From: Heptranchias perlo | Taxonomy: Eukaryota | Direction: 5' to 3' | DNA: 64,000 nucleotides | Assembly: GCF_035084215.1 (NCBI RefSeq) | Contig: NC_090350.1 | Coordinates: 35,836,001 to 35,900,000 of the forward strand | Shown: positions 60,040-64,000 of the stretch, piece after piece | Position numbering within the stretch: the first letter of the stretch is position 1 | Layout: each line of letters starts with the position of its first letter | Position numbers and translations under genes: made by a program | The notes under the pieces: model-generated | Databases searched by the model: none | Told to the model about the DNA's origin: nothing | Seen by the model: the letters and a program-made list of their open reading frames with translations, nothing else

Positions 60040-60473
60040 TGCAACAACAACAACAACTTGCATATATAGCACCTTTAATGTAAAGAAATATCTTAAGATG
60101 CTTCAGAGATAGATGTAAAGGAACAGACACTGAACTAGGAACGGAAAGGTTAGCAGTCACTGAAGGCTTGGTCGAAGAAATTAGTTTTAGGATGGTTTTT
60201 AAAAATGAAGAGAGAGGTGGAGGCATTTAGCGAGAGAGTTCCAGAGAGTAGGGCCAAAGGCTGAAGGCTCTGCCACCAGCAGTCAGGCGGAGGGAGGAGG
60301 GGATGAACATTTGGCTGGATCAGAGCAATAACGTTTTTGGAAGTAGATATAGGGCTGGGGTGGTGAGTTTATAGAGGGATTGATAGATGAAGAGGAAGAT
60401 TTTAAAATGCTTGTGTTGTAGGATTGGGGGTCACTGTATATCAACAAGGAGGTGGGTGATGGGTTAACGGGAC
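60040..60473 (-). mobile_element. L2-clade LINE 3' fragment
   Basis: caacaacaacaacaacttgcatatatagcacctttaa is the reverse complement of the L2 tail. Confidence 0.8.
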
Positions 60474-60747
60474 CCAAGATCCAATGGCACTATTTTGAAA
60501 AAGAGCAGGGGAGTTCTCCCTGGTGTCCTGGTCAATATTTATCCCTCAACCAACACCACTAAAAACAGATTATCAGGTCATTATCTCACTGCTGTTTGCG
60601 GGACCTTACTGTGCACAAATTAGTTGCCACGTTTCATCCATTACAACAGTGACTACACTTCAAACGTACTTAATTGCCTGTAAAGCGCTTTGGGACATCC
60701 TGAGGTCATGAAAGGCACTATATAAATGCAAGTTCTTCTTTCTTTCT
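60474..60747 (+). mobile_element. DeuSINE-family 3' half
   Basis: aagatccaatggcactattttgaaaaagagcaggggagttctccc...aaaggcactatataaatgcaagttcttc. Confidence 0.82.
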
Positions 60748-60871
60748 AAATATATGAGTTTACAGTACAAATTTCATACACATACGTATTTTGCGTACGA
60801 TAGCTTCATAAAAATATTTGTATGAATGTAATCCAATATGTGTAACAGCTTCATAAAATTCAAATGTACAT

Positions 60872-61245
60872 TTTAAAAAATTCGTTCATGGGATGTGGGC
60901 GTCGCTGGCAAGGCCAGCATTTATTGCCCATCCCTAATTGCCCTTGAGAAGGTGGTGGTGAGCCGCCTTCTTGAACTGCTGCAGTCTGTGTGGTGAAGGA
61001 CTTTTCGTAGCGAGATTGTACAACTGAATGGTCTTGCTAGGCCATTTCAGAGGACAATTAAGAATCAACCACATTGCTGTGGGTCTGGAGTCACATATAG
61101 GCCAGACCGGGTAAGGACGGCAGGTTTCCTTCCCTAAAGGACATTAGTGAACCAGATGGGTTTTTACGACAATCCGGTAGTTTCATGGCCACCATTACTG
61201 ATACTAGTTTCTATTATTCCAGATTTTATTTAATTAATTGAATTT
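60872..61245 (-). mobile_element. MetaSINE/SlmI-like SINE sharing its 3' tail with the 33880-36205 LINE
   Basis: Reverse complement: gattgtcgtaaaaacccatctggttcactaatgtcctttagggaaggaaacctgccgtcc...; the last ~125 nt match 36085-36200. Confidence 0.75.
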
Positions 61246-61289
61246 AACTCAACTCAACAAATAGCTGGAAAAGAAACTAAGAGGACAAC

Positions 61290-61880
61290 TACTCCGCCAG
61301 TATCAAAGATGGCAGCCGCCAATCTGGCTTCAATATTTCAAGCCAATCATGGCAAATACATACTTCCGGGGAGATAGAGGGAAAAAAACTCCTGCGCACC
61401 CCCGAGAATCCGTATCAACGATTGGCCGAGGGAAGGCGGGGGTTTTGAGCACGGAGGCCGGCGAGTGGTCGGTTGCCGCACGAGGCCTGCGTGGCGCGCT
61501 TTGCCCGCGGGAAGCGGCCGGCGCGCGGGGTTTTTTATTTTCGTCCGTTAAACTGTCGCTGAGAGGAAAGATGTGGAACAACGCGGGTGAGTGGCGGCGG
61601 CTTCCCTCATCGTGTGTGCCCCCGGCCTGTGTTCCACCTGCTGTCGGCCTTTTTTTTTTGTATATATGTGTGGGGTTGTGAGCTGCTGGAAGTGCGGGCC
61701 TCGTGTAACCGGGATGGGATTGAGTTTGTATATCGGGCCGGGAGTGAGCGGTTCACTCTGTGAGATTTGCCGGCCGCCCGCCCGTCTCTTTAACACGGCC
61801 GAGGCCCGGCTGTCGGGTCCTGGAGTTGTCAGTCAGTCAGTCAGTCAGGCCGGCCTAGCACATCATTAGCCCGGAGATGG
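61290..61880 (+). promoter_or_regulatory. RPA2: CpG-island promoter of RPA2
   Basis: High CpG density; YY1-like CAAAGATGGCAGCC (61304), CCAAT boxes (61319, 61343, reverse at 61421), ETS ACTTCCGG (61362), GC box (61435), E2F-like TGGCGCGC (61492) and GCGGGAA (61507). Confidence 0.85.
61571..61586 (+). CDS. RPA2: RPA2 exon 1 coding part (16 nt)
   Basis: aagATG TGG AAC AAC GCG G|gtgagt; MWNNA(G) matches the RPA2 MWN start, with a phase 1 intron. Confidence 0.88.
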
Positions 61881-62301
61881 TTCCAGGAGCTGTTTAGCCG
61901 AGGTTTTAATGTGTGTCTGACTATAGCTGGCGCCCCCCCAAACTGCTTCACAAGTTGGGGTGGGGGGTCCAACAGAGAGAGAGAGAGACGGTGAGTGGAG
62001 AGAAATGCGAGGGTGGAACAGTGAGGAGGTGCCTAATAATTAAACAAAATTAAAATAAAGCTACATGTAAAACAAATTAAAACTTTTATGCAACTAAAAC
62101 TGCAATATGGATTTTGTTGACTATAATAAAATATAAAGTTATATTCCATTATTAAAACTACATTAACTCCCCCTCTTTTTGAAGTCGTCTGTAACCCCAT
62201 CCCCATTTCTCTTGGCTAAACAACAGGTGAGCGTCCTCCCTTTCCACTTGTCATCAAAACACCTGCTCTCCAGTGAATAAGTTCTGTACATGAGAAATAG
62301 G

Positions 62302-62483
62302 CATGATGTGGAGATGCCGGTGATGGACTGGGGTTAACAATTGTAAACAATTTTACAACACCAAGTTATAGTCCAGCAATTTTATTTTAAATTCACAAGC
62401 TTTACCGGAGGAAGTCTCCGAAAGCTTGTGAATTTAAAATAAAATTGCTGGACTATAACTTGGTGTTGTAAAATTGTTTACAA
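62302..62483. mobile_element. Penelope-like inverted terminal-repeat insertion with 12-bp TSD
   Basis: Perfect 63-bp inverted repeat (62341-62403 / 62421-62483), a 17-nt spacer holding hammerhead stem II, flanked by atgagaaatagg at 62290 and 62484. Confidence 0.75.
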
Positions 62484-62862
62484 ATGAGAAATAGGAGCAG
62501 GAGTAGATCATGCGGCCCCTCGAGCCTGCTCCGCCATTCAATAAGATCGTGGCTGATCTTTGGCCTCAACTCCACATTCCTGCCCTATTCCCCCATATCC
62601 CTTGATTTCCCCTAGAGTCCGGAAATCTATCGACATCAGTCTTGAATATATTCAATGACTGAGCATCCACAGCCCTCCGGGGTAGAGAATTCCAAAGATT
62701 CGCAACCCTCTGAGTGAAGAAATGCCTCCTCCTCTTAGTCTTAAATGGCCGACCCCTTATCCTGAGATTATGCCCCCCCCAGTTCTAAACTCGCTAGCCA
62801 GGGGAAACAACCTCTCGGCCCCCTGTCAAGCCCCCTCAGCATCTTATATGTTTCAATGAGAT
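62484..62862 (-). mobile_element. CR1 LINE 3' end
   Basis: ataggagcaggagtag...cccctcgagcctgctccgccattcaataagatc...gggtagagaattccaaagattc is the reverse complement of the family at 45350-45700. Confidence 0.88.
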
Positions 62863-63498
62863 GTACCACCGTTAGCTCATTGTGGAGGAGCCGGTTGACA
62901 TCCTAGGCCTTACTTGGCTTAGTGTCTGGATACCGATTCTTGTCCCACTCATTGAGGCTATTCCTCCTATTCCTGCCTTTTCTTATTCCACCATGTTCCT
63001 CACACACAGTACTGTGCTGGTGGCATAGCTATCACCTGCAGATCACATTTTGGTCTTTTTCACTATCTCGATCTGTGGTTCAGCAGATTCTGTGTTAGTT
63101 GCTGATTGTAGCAGATCATTCTGTATATCTGAAGTCCAAAGTTTGAAGAAATTCTCTTTTCAACTCCCATTTGCCTAATGGTTTGATTCTAAATTTTATC
63201 TCCTGGTTTCTCAAAGCACTTGCCAACATCCATGCCATCCCTTCTTTCTGGATTTTGAGATCTTTTGATGTGATTAGGAAATGACAGGAACTTTTAGTTT
63301 TTGACCAAACATTTCCTACATGGGATGTAATTCTGTTTAGATTCGGTGGTCTATATAGTGTTTAAGAGCAGTAATTAATATTTGGATGATTCATGCAGGG
63401 TGGAAAATCCCACTTGGAAAGAAAACTGGATAGTTAGCTCGTGCTGACAGGTCCTGTATGTTCTGGTTCTGCGGCTGACCTCTAACCCCATTTACTAG

Positions 63499-63617
63499 GT
63501 ACTTTCGATGGTGGCTATGGAGGTTTTGGAGATGCTGCTGGAGGAGGTGGTGGTTACATGCAGTCACCTGGAGGATTTGGCTCACCAGCTGGAGGCAGTC
63601 AGAGTGACAGAAAAACT
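63499..63617 (+). CDS. RPA2: RPA2 exon 2 (N-terminal phosphorylation domain); gene continues past the window
   Basis: tactag|GT ACT...ACT|gtaagt; encodes TFDGGYGGFGDAAGGGGGYMQSPGGFGSPAGGSQSDRKT; QSPGGFGSP is diagnostic of RPA2. Confidence 0.94.
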
Positions 63618-64000
63618 GTAAGTACAGAGCCAAGATATTCATCACTACAGTTCTGCACACAGGATACAGTATAAAATTGGGTGGCAAAAATGCACATCCC
63701 ATTTTCCCTCAAAATGTAGAAATTCCTGTTGCTCTTGCTTAAATACTAATGCAACCCTATGTGATGTACTACACCTCATTTCTGTTCGCACTATTTTAAA
63801 AATCTATTTTGTAAGTTATTTTTCCTCCCTTTGGTTTTATTTATCTTAGCTGATCAAAAAATCACGCTAGAGTCTTGGACTGATGTTCTGAAGCCTCTAC
63901 TACTTTTGGATTGGCACTCTTCCTTAATTCTAACAATATATACGAGGAACAGCATGTGCTCCCTTTTGATAAAGCTGACTGCGGTTGCCATTCAGCTATT

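Noticed and set aside
61330-61869. Four 80-110 aa ORFs over the CpG island
   Set aside because: A by-product of high GC content; only the 16-nt MWNNA(G) segment has a splice donor and a matching next exon.

Overview
Vertebrate genomic DNA, most likely from a cartilaginous fish (shark); this is inferred from the repeat families and intron/exon style, not from a database search. I reconstructed four spliced genes by hand. EYA3 (+) is present as its last 7 coding exons, stop at 11564. XKR8 (-) is complete, with 3 exons and 415 aa. SMPDL3B (-) is complete, with 8 exons, 454 aa and a GPI signal. RPA2 (+) is present as exons 1-2 behind a CpG-island promoter. This is the same order and orientation as the human RPA2-SMPDL3B-XKR8-EYA3 block. 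Introns and intergenic DNA are dense with CR1, L2, RTE and RSg-1-like LINE fragments, several SINE families, PIF/Harbinger relics and MITEs, and a 1.7 kb minisatellite. The most unusual signals are: (1) Penelope-like repeats carrying minimal hammerhead ribozyme motifs, one intact at 751-787 and three broken at the ribozyme core; (2) a minisatellite that grew out of one arm of a hairpin MITE; (3) two visible SINE/LINE tail-sharing pairs; (4) inverted SINEs flanking an in-frame catalytic exon. Repeat boundaries are approximate and family names come from recalled consensus sequences.
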